This document shows positions 63,420 to 64,000 of a stretch of 64,000 nucleotides of DNA, in pieces. Both the position numbers and the translations under genes were made by a program. Origin of the DNA: Lama guanicoe (lineage: Eukaryota); NCBI GenBank assembly GCA_013239625.1, contig MU054187.1, positions 22,137,280 to 22,201,279 of the forward strand. The letters run 5' to 3'. The notes under the pieces are model-generated. The model saw nothing but the letters and a program-made list of their open reading frames with translations, had not been told where the DNA came from and searched no databases. Every line of letters starts with the position of its first letter. Position 1 is the first letter of the stretch.

Positions 63420-63920
63420 TAGACTTCAGCTAAGCAGATGCCACATTGCTGCTCACTCATTTACACCTCTGTGATCTTAAACAAGTTACCCGATCACCTC
63501 AATCCTCAGTCCCCACACCTATCAGCTAGGGATAATGATAAAACCAGCTTCACAGGGGTTCAGTGAAGACTGCAGGAGCGAATCCACACAAAAACTTCAG
63601 CACGGTTTTTGGCACGGATATGGAGCCAGCGAGTGTTCGCTATGATCACTGTAACCACTTCAGCTGTATTTAACAAATACCTATAAGGCACCGACCCAGC
63701 ACTTGGCAGATATTAACTTACTCATTCTTCACAAAACCAGGTGAAATTGTTGCTGTTGTTTTTATTGTTATTATTGTATCAATTTTATGTTAGAGGACAC
63801 AGACAAATGGATAGCTCTCCCAGGATCACGCAGTTCAAACACGACGAGCTGGGATTGGACAAGGAAAGCCTGGCTCTAGAGTGTCCTGGGGCCCCCCGCT
63901 CTGCTGCACCACCTTCTCCT
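63420..63920. mobile_element. Two MIR fragments in opposite orientation (+ about 63420-63650, - about 63670-63920)
   Basis: gtgatcttaaacaagttacc...cctcagtcccca, and cccaggatcacgcag...gagctgggatt. Confidence 0.55.
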
Positions 63921-64000
63921 GTCCCCCCACTCCTTCCTGTTCTCTGACAGTTCCTAGTAAGTGGCAGGCAATCAACAAACAGACAGGACCACAGAATTTC

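Noticed and set aside
1..64000. CRISPR arrays, operons, retrons or other prokaryotic/defence systems; intact provirus
   Set aside because: This is mammalian repeat-rich DNA with no regularly spaced repeats, no long ORFs and no gag/pol/env sequence. Recurrent motifs are dispersed L1/SINE copies.

Overview
This is AT-rich mammalian genomic DNA dominated by interspersed repeats, almost certainly from a camelid (alpaca, llama or camel): it carries 13 copies of a tRNA-Ala(AGC)-derived SINE matching the camelid Vic-1 family, plus cetartiodactyl-type L1 3' ends. I find no credible protein-coding gene, real tRNA/rRNA gene or CRISPR array. The ORFs I can assign are L1 remnants or microsatellite artefacts, and the rest look like chance frames. 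The repeats are about 22 L1/HAL1 pieces (strongly biased to the + strand), ancient L2/MIR/MaLR/LTR16 elements, five ERV solo LTRs between 44 and 58 kb, and several microsatellites. I cannot support a new biological system. The most interesting observations concern retrotransposition mechanics: a TSD-bounded L1 with only 5'UTR+ORF1 (27.2-29.9 kb), a ~65-bp insertion of only the L1 5' head (41.7 kb), a target site hit twice (5.2-6.0 kb), two twin-priming inversions and a poly(A)-only insertion. Candidate regulatory DNA includes a MER41-like LTR with a GAS site, a CTCF site next to an octamer, a perfect EBF palindrome and a CpG micro-island. There are also weak candidate minus-strand non-coding exons. 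Repeat subfamily names come from recalled consensus sequences and need RepeatMasker/Dfam confirmation.
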